From: a virus
Length of the DNA stretch: 64,000 bases
Reading direction: 5' to 3' (one strand)
IMG/VR virus record: IMGVR_UViG_3300008266_000033
Coordinates: 1 to 64,000 of that record
Of this stretch, positions 33,366 through 43,009 are shown piece by piece. The notes under the pieces are model-generated. The model was not told the DNA's origin and made no database searches. It worked only from the letters and a program-made list of their open reading frames with translations. A program made the position numbers and the translations under genes. Each line of letters starts with the position of its first letter. Position 1 is the stretch's first letter.

Positions 33366-34444
33366 TATAATATATTTTTTAATTGATTTAATACTTCTTC
33401 TCTTTGATCTAAAATTTCAATTTTATAACCTAATTCTTTTAATTTTAAAGCAAATTTAAGTTGTTGAGATTCTTCTATTAAGATACTATCTTTTTTATAA
33501 GTAACAAAATCTAATTTAATAACTTTTTCCTTATTTGGGTTTTGCTTTATAAAATCTTCTATTTGATATTGAAGATGCTTTTTATTCATTTCATCTGTTG
33601 CTTTGGAAATAATAGCATCAATCCCGACTTCTTCACCACATTTAGCTAAAGCTCTATTATCCCTAGGAAAACATGGGCCTCCAAAACCAAAACCAGGTTT
33701 AATATATTTATTACCTATTCTTGAATCAGTTCCTACAGCTCCTAATACTCTATCAGCATCACATCCTAATCTATTAGCAATATCACCAACCATATTAGCA
33801 TAACTAATTTTAGTTGTTAAAAAACAATTAACAGATAATTTGGTCAATTCAGCCTCAGTTCTAGACATTCTATTATATATAGGATTAGACTCAACCATTT
33901 GATGATATATTTTATTTATTAATTCACCTGCATATTCATCAGCTTCACCTATTAACACATTATCACACATTATTTGATCTCTAATAATAGTACCTTGAGC
34001 AATAAACTCAGGATTATATGACACATAATAGTTATATTCTTTTAATTTTTCTTGTAAAGTATCACAGTATCCTGGAAATGTAGTGCAATTAATTATTAGA
34101 TCTTTTCTGGTTGATTGTTTACCAAAACTAATTAATTGAGTAGCTATTTTTTCAATATCAGTATGATCGTATTTCCAGTCTGATGTAGACGGAGTTCTTA
34201 CTACTATAAATAAAACATCATTTTGTAAAGCTAATTCTAGATTAGTAGTAAATATAATATTTTGAGCTTCTTGTAAATATTCATCTACATAAGGTTCTGA
34301 AGTTGTAAATGTTTTATCATTTAATGAGTTAATATAGTCTTCATATAAATCAACTCCTATTATATTAAATCCTTTTCTTTCTAGATTAAGAGCTAAGCAT
34401 AAACCTAACTTTCCTACTCCTAAAATTGATATATTTTTAGTCAT
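33365..34444 (-). CDS. UDP-glucose/GDP-mannose dehydrogenase family protein
   Basis: GVGKLG, YNPEFI, AELTKL..NCFLTTKISYAN, GFGFGGPCFPRD. Confidence 0.9.
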   Translation of the reverse strand: MTKNISILGVGKLGLCLALNLERKGFNIIGVDLYEDYINSLNDKTFTTSEPYVDEYLQEAQNIIFTTNLELALQNDVLFIVVRTPSTSDWKYDHTDIEKIATQLISFGKQSTRKDLIINCTTFPGYCDTLQEKLKEYNYYVSYNPEFIAQGTIIRDQIMCDNVLIGEADEYAGELINKIYHQMVESNPIYNRMSRTEAELTKLSVNCFLTTKISYANMVGDIANRLGCDADRVLGAVGTDSRIGNKYIKPGFGFGGPCFPRDNRALAKCGEEVGIDAIISKATDEMNKKHLQYQIEDFIKQNPNKEKVIKLDFVTYKKDSILIEESQQLKFALKLKELGYKIEILDQREEVLNQLKNIL

Positions 34445-35468
34445 TTATTTGTTGATTAATCCAGTTAAATATTTTGGTTATACCTTCATAAAGTGGTTGG
34501 GTTGGTTCCCATCCAATCTTTTCTCTGTATAATGTATTATCAGAATTTCGTCCCCTCACGCCTACTGGACATTTAAAGCCATATTTTTGTTTAAATTCTT
34601 CTCCTTCAATATTTTTGATAGTAATATTTTTGCCTGAAGCATCAATAGCCATTTGAGCTAATTGATTAATGGTAACCATTTCTTCAGAACCAATATTCAC
34701 TGGACCTAAGAATTTATCTTGTCTCATAAAACGAAGAATCATTTCAACACATTCATCAATATATAAAAATGAACGTGTTTGTTGACCATCACCCCATACT
34801 TCAATTTCATTATTATTTTCAGCTGCTTTTCTACACATAGCAGCAGGTGCTTTTTCTTTACCACCTGTCCAGGTACCTTGAGGTCCAAATATATTATGGA
34901 AACGAGCTACTCTTACATCTAACTTATAATTTCGATTAAATGCTAAAAATAATCGTTCACTAAATAGTTTTTCCCAACCATATTCTGAATCAGGATTTGC
35001 TGGGTATGCTGATGATTCTTCACAATTTGGATTATTAGGATCTAATTGATTATGTTCAGGATACATACAGGCTGAAGAACTATAAAATACTCGTTTAACT
35101 GATTTTTTAGTTGCTTCATGAGTTACATTTAAATTAATTAGTGCTGAATTATGCATTACATTAGCATCATTCTCGCCTGTAAAAATATATCCTGCTCCTC
35201 CCATATCAGCTGCTAATTGATAAACTTCATCAAATGAGTTTGTCTTATCATCTTCTGATTCTTGGTTTGGGGCAAACATTATTTTGCTTACTAATAAAGG
35301 ATCTCTTAAATCACCTTGAATATATTCATCACATATATCTTCATGATTCCAATACTCATGTTTTTCTTTAATATCTACTATACGGACCCAAAATCCTTCA
35401 TTTTTTAATTTTTTTGCTAGGTGGCCCCCAATAAAACCTCCACCTCCTAGTACTAGTGCTGTTTTCAT
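34437..35468 (-). CDS. NAD-dependent epimerase/dehydratase (GDP-mannose 3,5-epimerase-like)
   Basis: GGGGFIG, QLAADMGGAGYI, YSSSACMYP, YGWEK, RFHNIFGP, EKAPAAMCRK, GVRGRNSDN. Confidence 0.9.
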   Translation of the reverse strand: MKTALVLGGGGFIGGHLAKKLKNEGFWVRIVDIKEKHEYWNHEDICDEYIQGDLRDPLLVSKIMFAPNQESEDDKTNSFDEVYQLAADMGGAGYIFTGENDANVMHNSALINLNVTHEATKKSVKRVFYSSSACMYPEHNQLDPNNPNCEESSAYPANPDSEYGWEKLFSERLFLAFNRNYKLDVRVARFHNIFGPQGTWTGGKEKAPAAMCRKAAENNNEIEVWGDGQQTRSFLYIDECVEMILRFMRQDKFLGPVNIGSEEMVTINQLAQMAIDASGKNITIKNIEGEEFKQKYGFKCPVGVRGRNSDNTLYREKIGWEPTQPLYEGITKIFNWINQQIND

Positions 35469-36091
35469 AAAGTATTGTAATAATTATTTTGTTTTTCTTG
35501 ACGTTCTATTGTTTTTGGATGATATAAAGCAAAACTTTCATCTGATGGAAGATATGAATAATGTTTAAATCCATCAAGTCTTTCATGAACTTTATTTATC
35601 CATTTTATTTCAGGGATATTTTTATAAATCCGCCATTGCATATCAGGCCAGTTAACCCAACCATTTTCATCAACTCTCCACCCCCATTTATTAATATGAT
35701 CTTGGGTTAAACCCTTAACTGTATTAACTCTTGATATAGTATAAACTTCAATACTAGAATTAAATTCTATAATTTGAGGTAAACTATTTATTAAATCTTC
35801 ATGAGGAATTTCATCAGCATCAATTTGAAAAATATAGTCTCCTGAACATAGAGTAGTTAATTTGTTTTTCCAATCAGCAAAATGACCTTCAAATTTACCT
35901 TTATGCCAATTAAATTCTCCATTAATTGAATGAGATCTTATATAATCTTCTACAGCAGTACTGTTTTTTGATTCATCAAATAACACTACAATTTCATCAT
36001 TCGCGCGTTTATGTTTTAATAAATGCGTAATAAGTCGTTGTAATTCAACTGCCTCGTCGCAGACAGTGATCGCATAACTAATTTTTATCAT
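35465..36091 (-). CDS. GT2-like glycosyltransferase
   Basis: ISYAITVCDE, DYIFQIDADE, WPDMQWR, KVHE. Confidence 0.85.
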   Translation of the reverse strand: MIKISYAITVCDEAVELQRLITHLLKHKRANDEIVVLFDESKNSTAVEDYIRSHSINGEFNWHKGKFEGHFADWKNKLTTLCSGDYIFQIDADEIPHEDLINSLPQIIEFNSSIEVYTISRVNTVKGLTQDHINKWGWRVDENGWVNWPDMQWRIYKNIPEIKWINKVHERLDGFKHYSYLPSDESFALYHPKTIERQEKQNNYYNTL

Positions 36092-36543
36092 TGTGGTAAA
36101 ACGCCTATATAAGATAATGCCTCGATAAAATCATACTTATCAAAATTTTTCAAAGTTGACATATCCATCCGATATTGGTAATATTCATTTTCTTTACCTG
36201 GAATTGGATATTTTTCTTTATCTTTCTCAGTTACTTGGGTAGCTAATACTGCAGACCAAATAGCATTATCAACTGAAGTTCCATTCATAAACACCATCCC
36301 CTTATCATGGACATTTACAGTACACGGCATCCATTTTTGTTCTTTGTCATCTTTCCAAATTAAATCTTTATGAAGCTCTGGGAGTAATTCAAGTTGTTCT
36401 TCAAAAAATGCTTCTCCTGTTTTCATTAGGGTATTAGAAATAAAACCACACCCATAACACATTGAATTTGTAATTTGTTCTGTTTCCATATGGAAACAAG
36501 CATCTGATTTATCGCAAGGGCATTGAACTAAATTTTCAGTCAT
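36088..36543 (-). CDS. Hypothetical protein with N-terminal Cys cluster
   Basis: CPC....C...CYGCG. Confidence 0.7.
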   Translation of the reverse strand: MTENLVQCPCDKSDACFHMETEQITNSMCYGCGFISNTLMKTGEAFFEEQLELLPELHKDLIWKDDKEQKWMPCTVNVHDKGMVFMNGTSVDNAIWSAVLATQVTEKDKEKYPIPGKENEYYQYRMDMSTLKNFDKYDFIEALSYIGVLPQ

Positions 36544-36545
36544 AA

Positions 36546-36773
36546 TTAAGTAGTAGTAGTTATATTAATATTAGGGTTAGTACCTGATGATGTAGATTCC
36601 CAACTTTTATAAGGAGGGGTCCATTGTGTAGATGGGGTTTCAGTGTCTTTAACTGAATGGGCTTTGGTTTGAATTTTTTCCCAACATTTTTCAAATTCAC
36701 TAGGTGTTAAAGTTAAATCTTGTGTTGCATCTAAAAATCCTTCTAACCAAATTACAAATTCTTTTGATGTCAT
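36546..36773 (-). CDS. Hypothetical protein
   Basis: 75-aa ORF (EFVIWLEGF). Confidence 0.65.
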   Translation of the reverse strand: MTSKEFVIWLEGFLDATQDLTLTPSEFEKCWEKIQTKAHSVKDTETPSTQWTPPYKSWESTSSGTNPNINITTTT

Positions 36774-38089
36774 GCTTCTACTGTTTTAAGTTTTGGTAAT
36801 TCTATTTTTTTCAATTTAGGTAATTGTAATTGTACTTGTTTTGGAAACTCAGGTACATGTTTATCTAATGTTAAGATAAGAAGCTCTTTCATCTTATCAA
36901 AATTAAATTGAGATTTACTTTTAAAAGCTTGACGTTTAGCACCATCAAGATACTTATCATAATTATTAAATACATCAATTAAATAATGACCTACATGTCC
37001 TAAATCAACTGAAAACCAAGATGATTCTTTTAATAACATATTGTTAGCTACTTGAGGATGTACCGGAGTTAATTGGCCTGGTAATAGAACTGTAAATTCT
37101 TTATCTAAGAAATCAATATGCCCACTCCATCCTGAAACTATAATTGGTTTTTTAGTTAAAGAAAACTCAAGTAATGGTCTTCCAAATCCTTCACCTTTGG
37201 TTAGATTAACCATAGCTTTTACTTTGGGGTGGTTGTATAGATTATTCATTTCTTCATCAGTAAATTCACCATGAAGTAAATAAATATTTGGTAAATCAGT
37301 TGAGTTAATAGTTTTCTTAATTTGTTTAATTTTCTTTAAGATTTCTTCTCTATCAACATATGAAGCACCAATTTGAGAGGTTTTCAAAATAAGAGCTGGT
37401 TTATTTTTCTTATTTTTGAATGTTTCATAAAATGATTTAACCAATAACCCAGTATTTTTTCTATCTTCAGATATAGGTCCATGAAGCCACATTCCTGTAT
37501 AAAGATAACAGAATTTTTCAGGAATATTGGATAATTTAAAATCTGTTTCAATTCCTTCTCCTGTAGTTTGGTGAGATAAATAAGTTCCAATATCTGCTCC
37601 TTCAAATAATACTTCAATAGGTCTACTCAAAACAATATGTCCTTCAACAGCCCCAGTTTGTTGATTACGTCTTTCAAATTTAGAATTTTCAAATACTTGT
37701 TTAGCGTGATTTGAAGATACTAAAGTTAAATTCATTCTATTTATACCTTCAACCCATTCAGCAGAAGCAATAGTAGTTTCAATACCTGCTGTAACTCCTA
37801 AATTAAATTTTCCAATAGGTTGAAATTCATTAGGAACAGTAATTTGAATCCAAACTTCAGGTTGTTTTGGTAGTTGAGGAACATTCCATATATGTTGAGA
37901 TAAAAAACCCCATTTTTCTTTATGATTTTCAATAAAACCCCAATTAGTTTCTCCCCAACGTTGAGGTAAAACTTTAATATCCCATTCTTCACCTTTGGCT
38001 TCAATTAAGGCTTTTACAAAATCACGAGATCTAGAACCATACCCACTATAGGTATCGATAGGACAACTAATTACACACAAATGTTTCAT
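36770..38089 (-). CDS. GT4-like (GT-B) glycosyltransferase
   Basis: SGYGSRSRD, DRKN, TKGEGFGRPLLE, SGWSGHIDF. Confidence 0.85.
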   Translation of the reverse strand: MKHLCVISCPIDTYSGYGSRSRDFVKALIEAKGEEWDIKVLPQRWGETNWGFIENHKEKWGFLSQHIWNVPQLPKQPEVWIQITVPNEFQPIGKFNLGVTAGIETTIASAEWVEGINRMNLTLVSSNHAKQVFENSKFERRNQQTGAVEGHIVLSRPIEVLFEGADIGTYLSHQTTGEGIETDFKLSNIPEKFCYLYTGMWLHGPISEDRKNTGLLVKSFYETFKNKKNKPALILKTSQIGASYVDREEILKKIKQIKKTINSTDLPNIYLLHGEFTDEEMNNLYNHPKVKAMVNLTKGEGFGRPLLEFSLTKKPIIVSGWSGHIDFLDKEFTVLLPGQLTPVHPQVANNMLLKESSWFSVDLGHVGHYLIDVFNNYDKYLDGAKRQAFKSKSQFNFDKMKELLILTLDKHVPEFPKQVQLQLPKLKKIELPKLKTVEA

Positions 38090-38090
38090 A

Positions 38091-39578
38091 TTAATATACT
38101 AATTTATGATTTATTGATTTAGGTTTAACTTCATTTACATTGATAAGTTCAAATTTTTCTCTAGGTTTCCAAGTTTTAAATAACTCATTAATATTTTCAA
38201 GCATTTTCTGAGTCATTTGTGATGATGTAAATTTGGCTTCTTCACTAGTAGCCCATTCACGTCCTGCTAAACCTCTTTCTTCACGTTCTGCTTTAGATAA
38301 ATCATAAGCCTCTTTAATACGTGTTGCTGCATCTTCAGCAGTACACCTATCATCCCAAATATATGGTGTTTTAGGAGAACCTTGAATTGAACGATTTGTT
38401 GGATATACTGGTAAAGCCCATTTACCGTGTTTCTTTATAGTTCCATTATGATTTGAAGGAAAATCTTCATTAAATTCAATCCAACTTCCGTCTTCATTTT
38501 CAAATCTCATTTGATCTTGCATACCCCCAGTGACATTAGCAATAATCATATTACCCGCTAATAATGATTCTGTTAATGATAGGCCCCAACCTTCATTATT
38601 AGTTAATAAAATCTGACAGTCAGAACTATTATATAATAAATTCATTTGTTCAGGTGTAGAAACACTTTCATGGAATATAATATTATATTTTTCATCATCT
38701 CCAAATAATAAATCAGATACAGCATCTAAATCAGTACCATTTTCATCTATTATTTGAGTATGAAGCACAAAAGCACATTTTTTAGCCTTTTCTTCAGGTA
38801 ATGAATCAATAAATAACTTATATGCTAAAAGAGTATCCGGGATTTGTTTACGACGGATATTTCTTGAATTAAAAAATAATACAAAATCATATTCTTTTCC
38901 TTTGAATAATGTTTTCTTGAATTCTTTTAACTCAGGATCTTCAGATTTTAAAGGTCTAAATATTTTTTCATTTAATCCATGAGGAGTATAAGTAACTAAC
39001 CTAGGATTAGAATTTTTTCCAAAATTTTGTTCTCCTGTATCTAAATCTTTATAAGATACATAACCTTGTTTTAAAACTAATTTATTGATATTTACTGTTT
39101 GTTTTGAAATACCCATTAATAAATCACATGCCTCATAGAATGGTAAATTATAATATGGTGCAGGATAATCATCCCAAATATTCAAATAAATAATAGGAAT
39201 TTGTTTCCTAACCTCATTTTCAATCATGAAAAGCCATTCAAAATATCTTGGATCAGTGATTAAAAATATAGCATCTGGTTTTTCAATTTGTATTAATTGT
39301 CTAATAAGAGTAGGATTTCCATAACCATTAAATGGGTATAAAACTACTGATGAATCTGTTAAACCTGTAATTCGGTTAGTTTCATCAGAAATATCAAGTT
39401 TTTTACCAACATCAGGATGGTTAATAGCTGCTGCTATATTTACCCAATTAAAATGATGACTTGTATTTAAGACAGTTTCACGAGCCACAGTAGCGATTCC
39501 ACTATGTACTCGGATATCATCACATAATAATAAGATTTTTTTCCTTTGATCCTTAGGGATATAATTTTCTTTTTGCAT
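38091..39578 (-). CDS. GT4-like (GT-B) glycosyltransferase
   Basis: SGIATV, RNIRRKQ, NEGWGLSLTES, NVTGGMQDQ. Confidence 0.85.
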   Translation of the reverse strand: MQKENYIPKDQRKKILLLCDDIRVHSGIATVARETVLNTSHHFNWVNIAAAINHPDVGKKLDISDETNRITGLTDSSVVLYPFNGYGNPTLIRQLIQIEKPDAIFLITDPRYFEWLFMIENEVRKQIPIIYLNIWDDYPAPYYNLPFYEACDLLMGISKQTVNINKLVLKQGYVSYKDLDTGEQNFGKNSNPRLVTYTPHGLNEKIFRPLKSEDPELKEFKKTLFKGKEYDFVLFFNSRNIRRKQIPDTLLAYKLFIDSLPEEKAKKCAFVLHTQIIDENGTDLDAVSDLLFGDDEKYNIIFHESVSTPEQMNLLYNSSDCQILLTNNEGWGLSLTESLLAGNMIIANVTGGMQDQMRFENEDGSWIEFNEDFPSNHNGTIKKHGKWALPVYPTNRSIQGSPKTPYIWDDRCTAEDAATRIKEAYDLSKAEREERGLAGREWATSEEAKFTSSQMTQKMLENINELFKTWKPREKFELINVNEVKPKSINHKLVY

Positions 39579-39627
39579 AGTAACTTTTATTTTTATAAAA
39601 CAATATAATAAAAACTCTTTAAATAAC

Positions 39628-39810
39628 CTAACTTACTTTATGACCTTGAATTTTTCTTTTAAACTCTTCGTCTTTTAAGTATAAATCAATAGCATTATTA
39701 ACTAGTTTCGTAAACGAGAATTTACGTTTAGCGCATTCAATTTTTAAAGTCTCTAATTGTTCAGGAGAAACTTTAACGCTAGTTAAAACTGTTGATTTTT
39801 CTTTAGGCAT
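39628..39810 (-). CDS. Ribbon-helix-helix-like small DNA-binding protein
   Basis: TSVKVSPEQLETLKIEC...FTKLVNNAIDLYL; ATATTTAT motif upstream. Confidence 0.6.
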   Translation of the reverse strand: MPKEKSTVLTSVKVSPEQLETLKIECAKRKFSFTKLVNNAIDLYLKDEEFKRKIQGHKVS

Positions 39811-39834
39811 AACTATTCTCTTATCATAAATATT

Positions 39835-40788
39835 TTACCCTTCTAAAGACTCGCTACAGTATTCTTTTTTCTTATAAAAAGGACAGTATTTACAACTTTT
39901 GGTAACATTAGCAGGATGTGATTTGGGTTTTAAACTTCCATTATTTTCAAATATATCTTCTATAAATTGATTTAATAATGTAGTAGCCCGTTTAGTTTTT
40001 ATTTTTCCACTTGCTGGGGAAAATGTTTGGATTCGATTTAATGTAGCGTCGAATTTAGACTCGTATATTTTTCGTTTCAATATTATAAATTCTACCTCAA
40101 TATTATCCTCAGGAACACCATATTGTTCTGAAAAATATTTTTTGTATAAAATTAATTGGAATTGTTTTAATTCATCAGACTTATTGTCTTGGCTCCAACC
40201 TCTAGTAGATGTTTTTAAATCGATTATACGAAATATATTAGCTGATTCATCATACAGCACAACATCTAAATATCCTTTATATATGACATTATTAAATGCA
40301 CTATTGGGGATTATATGGATTGGAATCTCACATCCTACTAAATATTGATCTTTTTTATCAAAATAATCTCTTCTATGATCTTTGAAATATTTAATTATTT
40401 CTACTCCATCTTCATAAAACTCAGTTAATTCTCCAGGAGAACTAAAATGGATTTTATTATTTTGTTCGTATGATTTTTTATATTCTGAGGATAGTTTTTC
40501 TTCAAAAAATGATTCTAAATCAATGTCATCAGCCTCAGGGGCAGATTGATTATAAAGAACATCTAAATAATGTTGTAAAGTCTCATGTAATGCTGTTCCA
40601 AATGAAAAATTTATCGAAACATTTGGTACAGGAACCTTTTGCTTATATTGAAGTTCCCATTTTTTGGGACAGGCTAAGTAAGTAGAAAATTGAGAATAGG
40701 AAATAGATTTTTGATAAGAATAATCTACAGATAACTTTTCAAAATTTTGTATTTGCTCAACTATTAATGGTATCTGCTTTACCCCCAT
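39835..40788 (-). CDS. PD-(D/E)XK nuclease (RecB/Cas4-like exonuclease)
   Basis: ISYSQF..Y..CP, FGTALHE, GYLDVV, IIDLKTS, QLILY, CKYCPF. Confidence 0.9.
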   Translation of the reverse strand: MGVKQIPLIVEQIQNFEKLSVDYSYQKSISYSQFSTYLACPKKWELQYKQKVPVPNVSINFSFGTALHETLQHYLDVLYNQSAPEADDIDLESFFEEKLSSEYKKSYEQNNKIHFSSPGELTEFYEDGVEIIKYFKDHRRDYFDKKDQYLVGCEIPIHIIPNSAFNNVIYKGYLDVVLYDESANIFRIIDLKTSTRGWSQDNKSDELKQFQLILYKKYFSEQYGVPEDNIEVEFIILKRKIYESKFDATLNRIQTFSPASGKIKTKRATTLLNQFIEDIFENNGSLKPKSHPANVTKSCKYCPFYKKKEYCSESLEG

Positions 40789-41045
40789 ACTTTTCTATCT
40801 GAAGAATGTATTAGATCATATTTAAGTTTTTCTAAATAAAGAATACCATCCATGAGTTCATCTTGTGAATGTTCAATCCATTGTGAAATACCTAAATCTT
40901 GTCTATCTAAAGTAGTATTATATTTTTTTTCTCCTTTTTTAGCCCGTTCAACAAACTTTTCAATAATAGATTGTACTATAGAATCAGGGGTATAATCATT
41001 ATATGATATTGAGGATGATGGTTTATAATCTTTTCTTAAATGCAT
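40779..41045 (-). CDS. Small helical protein, possible nucleotide pyrophosphohydrolase fold
   Basis: RAKKGEKKYNTTLDR...WIEHSQDELMDGILYLEK. Confidence 0.55.
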   Translation of the reverse strand: MHLRKDYKPSSSISYNDYTPDSIVQSIIEKFVERAKKGEKKYNTTLDRQDLGISQWIEHSQDELMDGILYLEKLKYDLIHSSDRKVWG

Positions 41046-41050
41046 TGGAT

Positions 41051-41464
41051 TTATTTTAATAATTTTTTAAGTTCTTTTTCTTCAGTTCCTAAAGATTCTA
41101 ATATTTCTTTAATTTCACCCTTAGAAAGTACATCCAAATAATCTCCTATTTCTCGTTTTGAACTTTCAAAATAAAGAGCTAATTTTTCTAAAAGATCATT
41201 GGATGTACTTTTATTGGAAGATTTTATGTATTTTAAATAAACATTTCTTTTAGGAATTAAGTCCAAATATACTCTATATATTTTTTCTTTTTCAGTTGAA
41301 GGAATTTGTTGAATCAAATTAACTAACTCAATATAATCAGGACACATAGAAATATATCTATGTAACATATATGGGTTAATTGCTTCCTTTTCAACCTCAG
41401 TTAATTTACTCCAAGGTTTTTTCTCCCAAGTTAAATATTTTAAAATACTAAAAAATTCTTTCAT
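41051..41464 (-). CDS. Clamp loader small subunit (T4 gp62-like)
   Basis: NPYMLHRYISM...YLDLIPKRNVYLKYIK; replisome context. Confidence 0.7.
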   Translation of the reverse strand: MKEFFSILKYLTWEKKPWSKLTEVEKEAINPYMLHRYISMCPDYIELVNLIQQIPSTEKEKIYRVYLDLIPKRNVYLKYIKSSNKSTSNDLLEKLALYFESSKREIGDYLDVLSKGEIKEILESLGTEEKELKKLLK

Positions 41465-41718
41465 TATTTTTCTAAGGTAAAACTAATATCCTTATAATCC
41501 TCTCTAATTTCTACAGGAATTGAATCAATTAAAATCTTTCCAGTTTCAGGATTATAAAATACTGGAAGTGGGATAATTCCATCTTCAGCACTTCCTAAAA
41601 CGAATTTAGACATTTTTCTTAAAATAATTCCTTCAGCAAAGAGATGATCTCCATTAGGACTAGTTACTGCTGTCGTCAACGCTAGGTCGATCTTCGGTTG
41701 TTGTTGTAGTTTCTCCAT
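41464..41718 (-). CDS. Hypothetical protein
   Basis: 84-aa ORF. Confidence 0.7.
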   Translation of the reverse strand: MEKLQQQPKIDLALTTAVTSPNGDHLFAEGIILRKMSKFVLGSAEDGIIPLPVFYNPETGKILIDSIPVEIREDYKDISFTLEK

Positions 41719-41905
41719 AATTTTCTAAAATTGGTTCTTCTATTTGAGTTACAAAATAATATTTATTTTCTTTTTTAAGTACTTTATTTGAGTGATAATA
41801 GTGTTGTAATTCTTCTACTAAATCAAACGGGGGATCTTTTTTTATAGTTAAAACTTTATTGATAATGTATAATTTATCTTCAAAATTGACTATTGGTTTA
41901 TTCAT
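41660..41905 (-). CDS. Hypothetical protein
   Basis: 81-aa ORF. Confidence 0.6.
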   Translation of the reverse strand: MNKPIVNFEDKLYIINKVLTIKKDPPFDLVEELQHYYHSNKVLKKENKYYFVTQIEEPILENYGETTTTTEDRPSVDDSSN

Positions 41906-41906
41906 A

Positions 41907-42821
41907 TCAGCAAATTAATAATAAAATTTTATAAATCAAAGCTAAAAGGTTAATTTCTTTATCTATTTTAAAATTAGCATGAAATAAATATTCCTCTAAT
42001 AATACAATGATTTCTCCTACATGGTTTTTAGCAAATTCATCTATATTTTCAAATAAAAACTTATATATTTCATCAAATTCAGTTAATTGAGAATCAGCTA
42101 TAATTTGTCGGATATGATTAAATGATTTATTTGAGGGTGATTTTAATTCTTTTAAGATTAATTCTTTATAATTTCCAGATATAAGAACTTTCTCATCAAG
42201 AATTAATTTAGAATCTTTAGACAAAATTTGGCATGTACTTAAAGTTTTTCTTAAATCAGGATAAAACTTATTAACTATTTTTACCAAATCTTCAGCTTCA
42301 TACTCGATTTGTTCTTTTTCTAAAATAATAGCAACATGAGTAGCAATATCCTTTTTAGAAGGAGGAACTATATTTAAAACTTGACACCTAGATTGAATAG
42401 GGTCTATAATCCTTTCAACATAATTACATGTAAGAATAAATCTAGTGTTCAGTGAAAATGTCTCAATAACATTCCTTAATAAAGCTTGAGAATCTATTCG
42501 AATGAAATCAGCTTCATCTAAAATAACTACTTTTAATGGTTTAAATGAGGCTGAGGAAGCAAATCCTTTAACTTTATCCCTCATTACATCCATTGAACGT
42601 TCATCTGTAGCATTTATATAAAGATAATCACATTCAATACTATTTACTATGAGTTTAGCTAAAGTAGTTTTTCCAGTTCCTGGGGGTCCTGAGAAAATCA
42701 TATGAGGTATATCATTTTTATCTATACAATCTTGGATAAGATCTTTTATAGATTCATTACCTACATAGTCTTCTAAAATTTGACTTCTGTATTTTTCAAC
42801 CCAAAGAGTATGTTGTTTCAT
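41907..42821 (-). CDS. Clamp loader AAA+ subunit (RFC small / T4 gp44-like)
   Basis: LWVEKYR, GPPGTGKTT, INATDER, ILDEAD, PIQSRC. Confidence 0.95.
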   Translation of the reverse strand: MKQHTLWVEKYRSQILEDYVGNESIKDLIQDCIDKNDIPHMIFSGPPGTGKTTLAKLIVNSIECDYLYINATDERSMDVMRDKVKGFASSASFKPLKVVILDEADFIRIDSQALLRNVIETFSLNTRFILTCNYVERIIDPIQSRCQVLNIVPPSKKDIATHVAIILEKEQIEYEAEDLVKIVNKFYPDLRKTLSTCQILSKDSKLILDEKVLISGNYKELILKELKSPSNKSFNHIRQIIADSQLTEFDEIYKFLFENIDEFAKNHVGEIIVLLEEYLFHANFKIDKEINLLALIYKILLLIC

Positions 42822-43006
42822 TGATTAAATTTATTTCTTAAAAAAGGAATAATATCGTTTATAGGATAATTTTTATTACAGCCATCTTCATCTGTTAATG
42901 TTACAAAAAATGCTTCAAATTCTACAACATAATGTAACTCACTGATAGTATAGGGCCGTTCATTTATATAAACTACTAGGCCCATTAATTTTTCAGCTCC
43001 TCTCAT
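42818..43006 (-). CDS. Hypothetical protein
   Basis: 62-aa ORF. Confidence 0.6.
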   Translation of the reverse strand: MRGAEKLMGLVVYINERPYTISELHYVVEFEAFFVTLTDEDGCNKNYPINDIIPFLRNKFNQ

Positions 43007-43009
43007 TGA

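Noticed and set aside
39835-40788. Cas4 indicating a CRISPR-Cas system
   Set aside because: Stand-alone PD-(D/E)XK exonuclease in a replication module; no array or other cas genes.
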